From Pseudovirgaria hyperparasitica (lineage: Eukaryota): a stretch of DNA of 64,000 bases. Each line of letters begins with the position of its first letter. Position 1 is the stretch's first letter. Where the stretch lies: the NCBI GenBank assembly GCA_010093815.1, contig ML996577.1; one strand, given 5' to 3'. The notes beneath the pieces were generated by a model, which was not told the DNA's origin, ran no database searches, and saw only the letters and a list, made by a program, of their open reading frames with translations. The position numbers and the translations under genes were made by a program. Positions 11,985 to 23,097 of this stretch are shown here, in pieces.

Positions 11985-13507
11985 ACTCATGTATTCAGCA
12001 TTTGGCTCAGGAAAATTATAACTGTTGATAAAAATTGCTTTCAGAGTGGGGAAGAGTGACCAGGGTCAACCAATGAGTCTTTGCTTAGAGCCGGGTGAGA
12101 CCCGGCTAGTTCTCCACAATTTTACAACTTCAATCCACGTCGTTCGTTGCAACGTCGGACGTCAGATGTCCTCAGTCTCTTTCTAGCAATGTCTGGCACC
12201 GTGTGTGGTAGAGTACTCTACTAAACAAACGACCTCTCTTGGGGAGAATACTTGCTGTCATTCAGGCCTTATCGCCTTGGTGCATCTGTCACTTTATATC
12301 CTGTACTAGTATCGTCTTTCATACGTGTCTTATGATTTCACCGTTCGTTATATATGCAGTCACTAACAATATCCAAAGACATTCACCATATGTCTAGCTC
12401 CCCAGTAATATTGCTAGAATGCCCCATGAGTCGCCCTATTCGTGGCTGCCGTTTGATCCTAGATTGTATAAGAGCAACTACGCTGGCGGCATCACAACTC
12501 ATAAAAATCTTCTTTGACCTTCTTGGACTCAAGACCTCCGATGATATGTACCTTGGCATCAGGCTGGCGTATGTGCAAGAGAGCTTCTCTTTAGGCTTCC
12601 AAGGCTCTTTCAAATGCAACAGAGATTCGATTACTTTAATTGTCCGCGCGATCGTGGATGACTTTTGAAGTTCAGATTGAGAACAATTGTAGAAAGCCTT
12701 GCGACCTTGATGAGCAGCCGAAAGTCTTACATTGAACGGGACAATGAAGATCACAGGCGATTTTGCAAAGGATTAGCCACTGTTCATTATCAGGTCGACA
12801 AGCTCACTGATGAGGTCGAGCAACTTCGTTGCGTCCTTTCAACGAAAGTGTTGTCCGACTCCAAGATTTCTGCTGAATCCTCGCTCGGGTGTGCTGTGTT
12901 GTGTTGGCTGCCGAGACGAATCGGCTTTATGTAACTTTGGAAGAGCTCGTGAAGGCGAAAGGAGCTGTCGTAGGAGATCGGAAGATATGGAACGACTATT
13001 CAAGAGCATTGGAAGTACCAGCTTCGGAAGCAAAGGATGTTGTATGGGCGAGCAGTGGTATATTCTAAGACTTTGTAGAATATGCTCTCACACCTTGACA
13101 GCACGACTCCGACGAATCCGATGACGATCACGATCACGATTGGGCACTCGATCGATCGCGACCCAGACCGAGGGCGAGTCCAGCAGCTATCGGAGTGCAG
13201 GGTCATCGTAGCAGAAAGACTTCCATTCCACGATACAGAAAAAGCTCTGTCCGAACGCGATTGTATGATGGCAGGTAGCTTCCCAGGGAAAGAGACCTAG
13301 TAGCGCCTACAAGGCGGCCACTTCCACCCTACCGAACAGCGCAAAATGCCATTGTTTGCGAGCATAGCTTAAGCACGAGCCAGTGAACAGCGAACCGTGG
13401 GTAGGCAGCACCCCGCTTGTGTGGTGCCGCTGCCACACTATTTACACATACTTGCTTTACTTGGGGTATATAATCATGTCAACGAGTACTGTTCTCATAA
13501 CCCCAGT

Positions 13508-13648
13508 GGGAGAATAGTCTAGTTGGTTAACGACCTGACCTACCACTGAAGCAAAGCACCAGATGAAGGAGCTAAGTATCTGCAGGGGAGCAGAGGCGCG
13601 GGTTCGACCCTTGTGGACCTGAGCCTTTTGTATTTTTTCGACTTTTTT
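13508..13648 (+). pseudogene. tRNA-derived Pol III-like element (pseudo-tRNA or SINE head)
   Basis: A-box/D-arm-like TAGTCTAGTTGGTTAACGAC at 13515, B-box GGTTCGACCC at 13601 and T-runs at 13626-13648. No acceptor stem can be formed. Confidence 0.55.
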
Positions 13649-15715
13649 GCCATTTTCATAATTTTTGGAGTTTTAACTTGTAGACTGCTTTCTTTTGGGT
13701 CTTTGTTATTGGGGGATCCTTTCTAGAGACTGATGAGAGGCTCATTGAATGGATGGAAGAAAGATTGCTTGATAATGAGAGTCTGTGAGGCAAATACATT
13801 CGGTTAACAGCGAACCACAACCAGAAAGCACCTATTGTGCTACGATGAAACACGCATTAGTTGCGCGTGGCATTTGCGGCGCGTTCTAGAGACAACGTAG
13901 TATATACATGCTCACGCTCGCACTCGCATTCGCACTCCTGAACTGCCCGGTACGCCCGCGGCAAGAACACCCATCCTTCCAGGACCTCCTCGTAGGTAGG
14001 TGGCCGCAGCGGAATACCTACCCGACATACATCCTACCCGTCAGACATCCTACCCAGCACTCCCAGCGCACGTGCACCCAAGGCAAAAGCTATATAACCG
14101 CCCTTTCCTCTGTCCACCAGTTCTCCTTCCATCATACCACTAAAGGCACCATGGCAACTATGGTATACCGTACAATGTTGTGTCCTTTGGGGAGTGTTGG
14201 CGTACAAAGATGGTGTTCTTCCCATGGTGGTGGGGTTCGGTTGTTGTGCGGTTCTTCGGCGTGGGATGGTGGTGATTGGTGGCATTGGGCTGTAGTGGTG
14301 GTGATCATCATTGTAGGATTTGAGTGAAGGGGGGTATACGCGTATAGAGCGGAGAGGTGAAGAGGGTTTTGAGGGGATGGAGGAGGTGGGGAGTTGACGC
14401 GATAACTAACACTGTAGAGATTAGAGAGTCTAGGTTTGTTCTGGAAGGGAGATAGATGTCTTCCAGGGTAGGATTGCACGCATTTAGACAGAGATGTTCT
14501 GGATTTCTTCGCGGTAGGGACTATACATGGAAGGATGCTGAAGAGTGGCAGTTTCTCACTATAGCAAGTTTACCAAAGAATTGGTTACATTGATGACTGT
14601 GTTGCTGTCTCCAGATGCGTGAAATGCAATTGAGTTATCAAGAAGTCTGATAGAATTTCGCTGAGACACAGCAAGGCGTGCCAATAGTTCCTGAGCCACA
14701 TAAGATCAACCTGGTGCGAATAGAACACTGCCATCTAGTTCTGACTGGTGAGAGACACAAGGCTGAGCGTATAGAGTAACTCTCAACACAGCTCTTCGCC
14801 GCCAGCTGATAGATGTTATGTCTTCCAAAACCCTCTTTACCTTTCGTCATGAACTGTAACGTGACGTTGAAGTTCCAAGTAGTCCTCTGGAGGAGCGTCG
14901 TATTGCTTATGTGGATCCATTCAGCCGCATCTAGGCCCGCAAATCAACAGCCCTGCCGAGTATCCTACACTATTTTCACGTCAGACTTAGTTCCGAGACA
15001 TTCTCCATACCGAGCTGGATAGTGTGCTAAGCCTTCTTGCGTCGTATATCTCATCTTCGTGATACATGATTGCATCGCACTTGGCGAACATCGGACGAAA
15101 GCGATATGCTGGCGAGCATGGATCCTCCAGGTCCAAGCTCCATGACCCTAGATCTTTCAATGAGAACGCATGTCACCAAAGGCACGGCAGCATATTGCAG
15201 GTGCACTGAGCCATCGAAAAGCTTTGAACACCTTGCTTCGAGCGTAGCCATCCTCAGGAACGGTAACATTAGCACGGACTAAAACACTGGAGCTTCATGG
15301 GGCAACTGTACGCTAGGCTCCATGTTCACGATGTTGTGTCGCTTGAACCTGCAAGTATTGTAGTACGCCATACTTTCGCCTTGCTTATACGCCAGGGTAT
15401 GATCTCGCGAGGCTGCAAACAGGACCCAACGATCTCACAGGTTGATCTGACGCCAAGTATTGGTAGGATGCGGCTCGTATGACTATGACCAATGGCACGC
15501 AGCGTGGTATTGACATCTGGTCTTGTTCACTTGATGGTCCGTGATGGCGGATGGTCCCGTTCCTTATAGGACTTTGTGGATCCACAGGTGAGTATAAAGA
15601 CGCGATCTACAACTTCACCGTTGAAAAAAAGTGTCAGCAACAAATACCACACAGCACAATTCCAACGAATATCCCAACCTCCACCGAATCAAGCAAACTG
15701 ATACGCACCATCACC

Positions 15716-16142
15716 ATGCAGATCTTCACCATCGTCGCAGTCCTCGCCGCTGCAGCTTCCGCAGCCTCAGTCAGTCGCCAACCCGGTCCAGTCAACTGCT
15801 CGACCTGCAACCTCGACGGCTCCGGAAGAGCATGCCACCCGTCAGCCGCCTGCACCTTGAACGGCGGTGCCGGAGCTCCCAACAAAGCCTACTGCACCTG
15901 TCCATCCGGCTTCAAGGCAAACCCGAGAGAAGTCGGCGCGGATCCAGCCGCGCAGTGGCGCCTGAACTGGGCCGGACATGAAAGCCAGGTCTTCGTACGT
16001 GAACAGTGCCGATTGTCATGATTTTGAAATGTGCTGACGCGCGAGGTGTTAGGTGCGCTGGGAGACTGCGTGTACCACACCGTGCAACGACGCTACCTGC
16101 TCTGAGATCAGCATTAATCGCAACCCGCAATGCTTTGCGTAG
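15716..16142 (+). CDS. Small secreted cysteine-rich protein (~122 aa, 10 Cys); 2 exons
   Basis: TATA gtataaag near 15592, CACCATG context and signal peptide MQIFTIVAVLAAAASA. Intron 15995-16052 (gtacgt..gctgac..tag) gives the C-terminus VRWETACTTPCNDATCSEISINRNPQCFA*. Confidence 0.85.
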
Positions 16143-17417
16143 GTGTTTTCCTAGGAGTGGCATCGGACGAGTGGGTCGGGTAGTGTGATATCTGAGGCAT
16201 AGCTCTCGTCTGGTATGGTTCACATTGAGTGTGATATGCTGCTGGCATAGAAGGGCCTGATAGCGAGTGGCGATGAAAGTATGAGATATGGAATGCGTAT
16301 CATGCAAGGACTTTCAGGAAAGGGCCTTCTGAACCATAACATAATCATGAATATCACATAATCAATCTACTCTTTAGGCATTTTGCAGAGCTACATGAGG
16401 ATGTAGGTTGGTACTGATGTGAGATTAATGTGATTCTAAACACAGCGTCTGGGGATTTGACGTAGATACTCATTACATGTAGGGAGGTCGTGCTGATGAC
16501 AGTGTAAAGAAATATGGACATGGAAGAGGAGGTTTCAAACGATGACTGTAGCAAATTTGTTCTGATATGAATGGTGAGATGTGGGCCTACCACTGTGTAT
16601 CGAAGCATAGAGCTGATAATAGTCTATTCCTTTTGAGAAATGGAATTAAACCAGACTCGAGTTGTCGAAAACATAAAACTGTATTGTGAACCGATGCAAA
16701 ACAGACTTAGAAGATATGTAGAAACACATGACCGAAGTAGTACTTATATGGAATCTGTAGACCAGTACAACGTTGCCAGAGTACATATGGTCAGCCACTC
16801 TGGTGTAGCCTGTTGCTGACTTTACAATAGTAAGCGGTTATTGTCCTGGAACTGTTGGAGTATATAAAATATCCTGCCGTGTTGTGATATGTTCCGAGCT
16901 GTGTTGTCGGATGCAATGAATGCACTGGAAATGGCCGCTGCAGCAACAATTCCGAAGGACTGAGTCATTGTCGTGAGTCCTACAGATACTGTGATAATCC
17001 GTGAAGAGCGGCCATGGAGTTTCGTCGTGGCTCCTCGCCGTGAAAGAAATATAGGTGAGAGGTTGGTTGTTTGGTGATAGGGGGAGCCGACGGTAAGCGT
17101 GCCGATCCACCATCCATGCGTCAGTCGGCGTCGGAGTTAGCGTTGGACCCCGCCAGAAATTACGCAGGGCGCGCGCTAAATTGATATCTCCCTAGCTCAG
17201 TGCTATTGATATGTTATCGGGAGCCCCTCCAGCTCAAGTCGCTCCGGTGACTCCAGTCGTACAACACAGTCTTCTTGTCTCCCCCTCTCAATTGACACTG
17301 AACACACACCTCATACTACTCTGAACATATCTAGGACTTGTCAAGATCCACATCGACACCTACAAGCCACTCAAACTTGCGAGTAAGACGGTGTAAACAA
17401 ACGGAGCTCTGCACGCC

Positions 17418-19125
17418 ATGGCAGCATCGTGCCGCGCTGCCAACAGGCTTCGAGGAGCTCTGCTTTCCCACGGACTTCGATCTCGCTCACAAACTTCCCT
17501 CATAGCTGTCAATGGCATCCGGAAGGTCTCTGCTGCGGCAGCTGTCAAGGCCGCTATCACTGGACAGTCATACTTTCCGGACGAGCCAAGGGTCCCAATC
17601 GTGAAGACTGAGATCCCCGGGCCGAAGAGTACAGAGGCAATCAAGAGACTTAGCCAAGTCTTCGACACCAGGTCACTGAACATGATGGCCAACTACAAGG
17701 ACAGCTACGGCAATTAGTGAGCGGCTTCCAGGCCAGGATATGAGAAACTTGGCAACTGACGGACTATAGCATCGCAGATCTGGATGGGAACCTACTCCTA
17801 GACGTGTAAGGCTAGCATGTCTGTCTGTTATGTTTTCCACAATATCTAACACAGCACGCAGGTATGCTCAGATTGCCTCCATACCTGTCGGATACAACAA
17901 CCCGGCGCTCCTCCTCGCCGCCACATCCCCTGACATGGCCTCGGCCATCATCAACCGTCCAGCGCTCGGAAACTTCCCCCAGCACGACTGGGCCGAGATA
18001 CTCGCCACGGGAATCCTCAAAGTAGCACCACGCGGTCTCGACCAAGTCTTCACCGGCGTCAGCGGCTCCGACGCCAACGAACTCGCCTTCAAGGCAGCAT
18101 TCATGTGGAAGCGGCAGCAACAACGCGGCACAGCCGACTTCACCCCCGAAGAAATCGAATCCTCCATGAACAACAAGTCCCCCGGCTCACCCGACCTCTC
18201 CATCCTCTCCTTCACCTCCGCCTTTCACGGCCGCCTCTTCGGCTCCCTCTCAGCAACCCGCTCCAAGCCGATCCACAAACTCGACATCCCCTCCTTCAAC
18301 TGGCCGCAAGCCCCCTTCCCCCAATGCAAATACCCACTCGACGCCCACTCCGCCGCCAACATGGCCGAAGAAGCCCGCTGTCTCGCGGAAACCGAGCGGC
18401 TCATCACCGAATGGCCGCACCCGCCCGCCGCCATCATCGTCGAGCCCATCCAGTCCGAAGGCGGCGACAACCACGCCTCGCCACACTTCTTCCGCGGCCT
18501 GCGCGACCTCACGCGCAAGCACAACATCCTCTTCATCGTCGACGAGGTCCAGACCGGCGTCGGCGCCACCGGCCGCTTCTGGGCCCACGACCACTGGGCA
18601 CTCGAGCACCCGCCCGACATGGTCACGTTTAGCAAAAAGGCCCAGACGGCCGGCTACTACTACGGCGACCACGCCCTCCGGCCGAATAAGCCGTACCGCC
18701 AGTTCAACACCTGGATGGGCGATCCCGCGCGCGCGATCCTGTTCCGCGCCATCATCGCGGAGATTGAGCGGCTCGGCTTGGTCGAGAATACGGCTGAGGT
18801 GGGCAGGTATACGTATGCTGGCTTGGAGCGGCTGGCGGACAAGTATCCCGGGCAGATTAATGACTTGCGCGGGAAAGGGCAGGGCACGTTTCTTGCGTTT
18901 GACAGTCCGAGGCGGGACGAGGTGCTGAGGAAGGCGAAGAGTGTGGGGTTGAATCTTGGGGGCAGCGGGGAGGCGGCGGTGCGGTTGCGGCCGATGCTGA
19001 TTTTCCAGAAGTATCATGGTGAGTCGAATCTTGTCCTGGGTGCGTTTTAGTGTGGTTTACTGACTGGACGTTTGATGGCAGCCGATATGTTCCTGGAGCG
19101 CATGGAGATGATCTTGAAGTCGTGA
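17418..19125 (+). CDS. gatA: 4-aminobutyrate (GABA) aminotransferase with mitochondrial-type presequence; 4 exons
   Basis: AQIASIPVGYNNP, SGSDANELAFKAAF, FHGRLFGSLS, VEPIQSEGGD, DEVQTGVGATG, FSKKAQ (PLP lysine), FNTWMGDP. The last exon after the intron at ~19019-19081 ends LKS* at 19125. Confidence 0.95.
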
Positions 19126-19326
19126 CATGGTGTGTTTGGATGGATGGATGGATGGATGGATGGAGGGGTTTATGTATACGTTTCTGGGGGGGTGGCATGC
19201 TATGCTCGTGCATGTGCGCCACACCGGTGCTATCACATCTATGTCCAAACCTTTCATACAAATACAAGACACACAGGATCTTCCATCTACCCTGCACTGT
19301 GCTCCAACTCATCCTCCTCCTCCTCC

Positions 19327-20657
19327 TCACTCGAACGTCGCAAGGGCTCGCTCACTGCTCGTCAATGGAAACAGCTGCTTGTAGAAGCCCACAGCGCCTG
19401 CAACGAGTATCACATAATACGCCACCGTCCACCCTATGCCCAAACTCGCATACTGCACCTTTCCACGCGACGTAGCCCCAGATTGGCGCTGTCCCTGCCT
19501 CTCGCTCTCCCTCCCTCTCTCCCTCTCCCTCTCCCCATTTACCACCACCACCACATCCTCGCCCACACGGCCCCAAAACCGCGGAAGCCCCATCCAATTA
19601 CAAAAGCTATGCGCAAGTATCAGCCCCAGCAGACTACGCGTGCGCAAAAAGACAAAGGCGGCGTAGAAGCCAAACAGCGAAGTATACGCAAACTGAAACA
19701 GCGAGCGGGCGAGCGCGGGCAGGGCCGGCACGCCCGGGTTCGTGAGGCGGAACTCGTAGTAGTGGTGCACGTGGGCGATGCCAAAGTAGAGCGGCGTCAG
19801 GAAGACGGTGCGGAGAGGGGTGATGTGGCCGAGCAGGTGCAGGGGGATGATGAGCGAGCGCCAGATGAGTTCTTCGGAGACGGGGCCCTGGGGTTAGGGT
19901 CAGTTTGTCAGCCAGTCAATTAAGTAGGCAGGCCAGGTTCCCGCGTCTTCAAGAACAGAGTATACACACAGCAATGTAATTCCGACACCCCACCCAATCA
20001 GCCAGCACGGCCTCATACAGCGGCCACCCACGGATCCAGCGCCTCCACCCACCTTCCACGACTCCAGCCTCGAAGAGCGGGCCGGCGAAGAGGATGGCTG
20101 TCAGCAGCAGCGTCTTCGCGGCGTCTTTCAGCGACACGGGCCACCAGCCCAGTAGATTGAGTGTGTCGAGCGGGCGGGCGTAGGTGTAGTGCTGGACAGC
20201 GTAGATTGTGACGAGGGAGGCGACGAGGCAGGAGAGGGAGACGGCGCGGATGCGGGCGCGGATGGAGGAGGGGGCATCGCGGGAGAGGGTGGGCGAGGGC
20301 CGGGTGGCGGGCGAGAGGTAGAAGGGGAGGATGTAGATGAGGGTGAAGAGGACCTGTTGATCGTGGGTGGGTTAGTGTTCATTTCTTTTGTGTGTTGTGG
20401 GTTAGGGGTTGTGGAATGAATGGATGAATGAATGAATGGGAGTGACGTACTGATATCAGGGCGGCGGACCCAGGGGACAACGCGGGCTTTTCTGTGCGTC
20501 AGTCAGTCAAATGTTAGCGTCGCGATTCGTAAGGAGATATAATGAATTGAATTGAGAGCGTGGTGTTTTGTGTATGTGTGTGAGAGGAGGAGTAATTACC
20601 GGGCTCCTTTCTGAAGGCCGAGACCAGACGGTTGAGATAGTCGACAGGACTCCCCAT
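19327..20657 (-). CDS. RCE1: CAAX prenyl protease 2 (Rce1); multi-exon
   Basis: Spliced product contains LIYILPFYLSPATRPSPTLSRDAP, AILFAGPLFE, GPVSEELIWRSLIIPL, FGIAHVHHYYEF, QFAYTSLFG and AHSFCNWMGLP. ATG at 20657. Confidence 0.9.
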
Positions 20658-23097
20658 TAAGACTGACTGACTGATGACCTCACTGGGTGAAAGGCTGTCA
20701 CTGAGTATTACAAGCTAGTAATTAAGCTTCGAAAAAAAAAAGAAAGCGCGGACAATTGTCATGTGACGACGCTGGACGACGGCGACAACGACGAGAATTG
20801 ACGAGAACGCGACGGAACGGGAAGGAGGCTGTTGAGAGTCCAGACTCAACGAGAAGGAGCAAGACGTCTTTGGGCACCTGCACCTTGTCCGAATGGGGAG
20901 AGCGCGACAGACATCTCTACGGAGCAGTCGCATAGTTCTTGATCAGGATAGGGACCGGTGGTGTTATCGTTATCCGTCCACTGTCGTGTCTTTTATCGCG
21001 CGCCTGCTATTTTTGGACGGCGCCGCAAAAGCATATTAAAGCATCTCACACTCGTCATGTCCGCGCGCCGTGACCGATAGAACCTGTGATTGCATGAGAG
21101 AGGAACGGTTCGGAGTACTACGGTGGTCGTTGCATGAAGAAAAGAAAGCAGGATGCACAGTTGCTTCTGTTGCGGTCTTGTCGTCAGTCTGTCTAGATAG
21201 ACACTGCGCAGGAGTAGTGTGAAAGTGTCAGATCAGGTACGGCGTGAAGCGATAGTGTGATCATCAAGACACAGAGATTATATGACTTGAAGAGAGGAGG
21301 GCAGCAAGAACAACTACAACATAACAACTGCAACATAACGACAGCCAACACTGGTGGGCTCAAACATTGACCCGGCGCAAAGTCCTGAGAGCGGTGTGCT
21401 AGCACTGTATGTAGCTAGACGCCGTTGAAAGGAGGCTTGAAGCTGAGATGAAACGTCCCGCATAAAAAGACGTCAGCTAGTCACTAGTTCCGTCCACGAA
21501 GACGCGATCCCCAGGGGCAGTTCACGATGGGATTTGCAGAGCGAGTGTGTGCCATGGTTCGCAAGTGAGATGTGGAGAACAAGCCTCAGGGGGGGAAAGT
21601 CAGTGTGCCAGCTTCCAGAGCTTTTTATGGCACACGACAGAACCATTAATGTTTCGGTACCAAAGCGCAAAGAGCATCAAGGACTCCAGACGATTTGTTT
21701 CATCGTGGGCGCCAGTGGAGGGTGGTGTGGGTTGTGTATGTGGGTGTGGTAGAATAAGCGTGAGGAGCGTGGAAACGACAGGCAGACAGGAGGAGTGAGA
21801 GAATGTCAGCTCGATGCATGTATGTGCTGGCACTCAATTGACCACAGTAATACATACTGCTTAATACTATTAATATTATTGTTACCGATGAGGATGGGAG
21901 ACGAGGCATGCAGGAGTGAGGAGAAGGGCGCGACAGGAATGAATGAATGCATATTGTTGATTCAAACCTGAACGAATCAGAGATGCAGCCCGATGGGGTT
22001 TTGTGGCATCGGCGCGCTGTGAGTGGCCAGAGCGTGACGCAATTTCGTTAATGACGCCCGCTAAGCCCAGCCAGGACTAGCGGTGTCGCGCACAAGCATT
22101 CCACACGCGCCTCAGCAAATCTCTTTTTACGCGTTAGAACGGCGGTTCAAGTCTCCTGGACCACAAACATTTGCTGGAATCTCACCGTACACTACCAACG
22201 ACTACACACTTTACGCGGTACATGGTACCAGACCATGAGGCAGGGCCCGTACGGCGCCCTCGTCCACATCACATGGAGAACCTTCTCTTGCCTCTTGACT
22301 CTTGAGTCGTCTTGAGCCTTGACTCTTGAGTCTGAGAGCGGAGGGAGAGTGAGTGTATAGTAGTAGTGTAGTGTAATAATAGCCCAACTTGTTATTGTTG
22401 TTGTTGTTATCGTGAATTGTAGCATTCAGACTAATTACTACATCATCTCTCAAAAAGGTTCATCGTCCTGCTTTCATTATGCCCCGATTCTGCCATCCAG
22501 AAGATCCTTCTTGACCCCCCGAAATTGACCACTGTCCCCCATAACCCCCTCCCTCCCAAAGGAAAGGAACCACACAAAATCAATAACCTATCCCTCACCG
22601 CGATTTGCAAAAGCACCGATATCATCTGCAGCGCCAGCCAGTCAGACGGCCTCTCTGCAGTGCCAGCGACATACAGCATTAGCCCATTCCACACGCCCAT
22701 ACCAAATCTGCCACTCGCTTGGCCCATCTCGTCAATTCTCAATTCTGCCGACGACCCACTCGTTACAGCAGTCGCCCATCCATCCCACCATCTCCTCTCC
22801 ATCCTCAAACCCTCAATCCTTCACCACACTCTCTTTGTCGCCATTTTTTGGCCAGTCACTCTTTTGGACTCTGTGTAATTCTTTCCTCCTTCTTTGTCGC
22901 TCTTTTTATCAACAAAAACACTTCTTATGCCCTTTCACGAGTCTCTCTTTCAGCCGCCCGTTCATTTCACCGACGACTTTGTTAATACTAATGCCTTGAG
23001 GAACCTGCGAAAAACCCCCCCACGGGACTGTTCTTTGACTTCCCATCCACCTTCTCATGACCTTTCCTTGCTGCCTGTACCATCTCCTAATTCCGCC

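Noticed and set aside
12089..12107. Hairpin AGCCGGG-TGAGA-CCCGGCT upstream of the tRNA
   Set aside because: A single 7-bp stem is expected by chance in 64 kb and there is no supporting context.
18250..19017. 255-aa antisense ORF inside gatA
   Set aside because: Shadow ORF expected from strongly biased codon usage on the opposite strand; no motifs.
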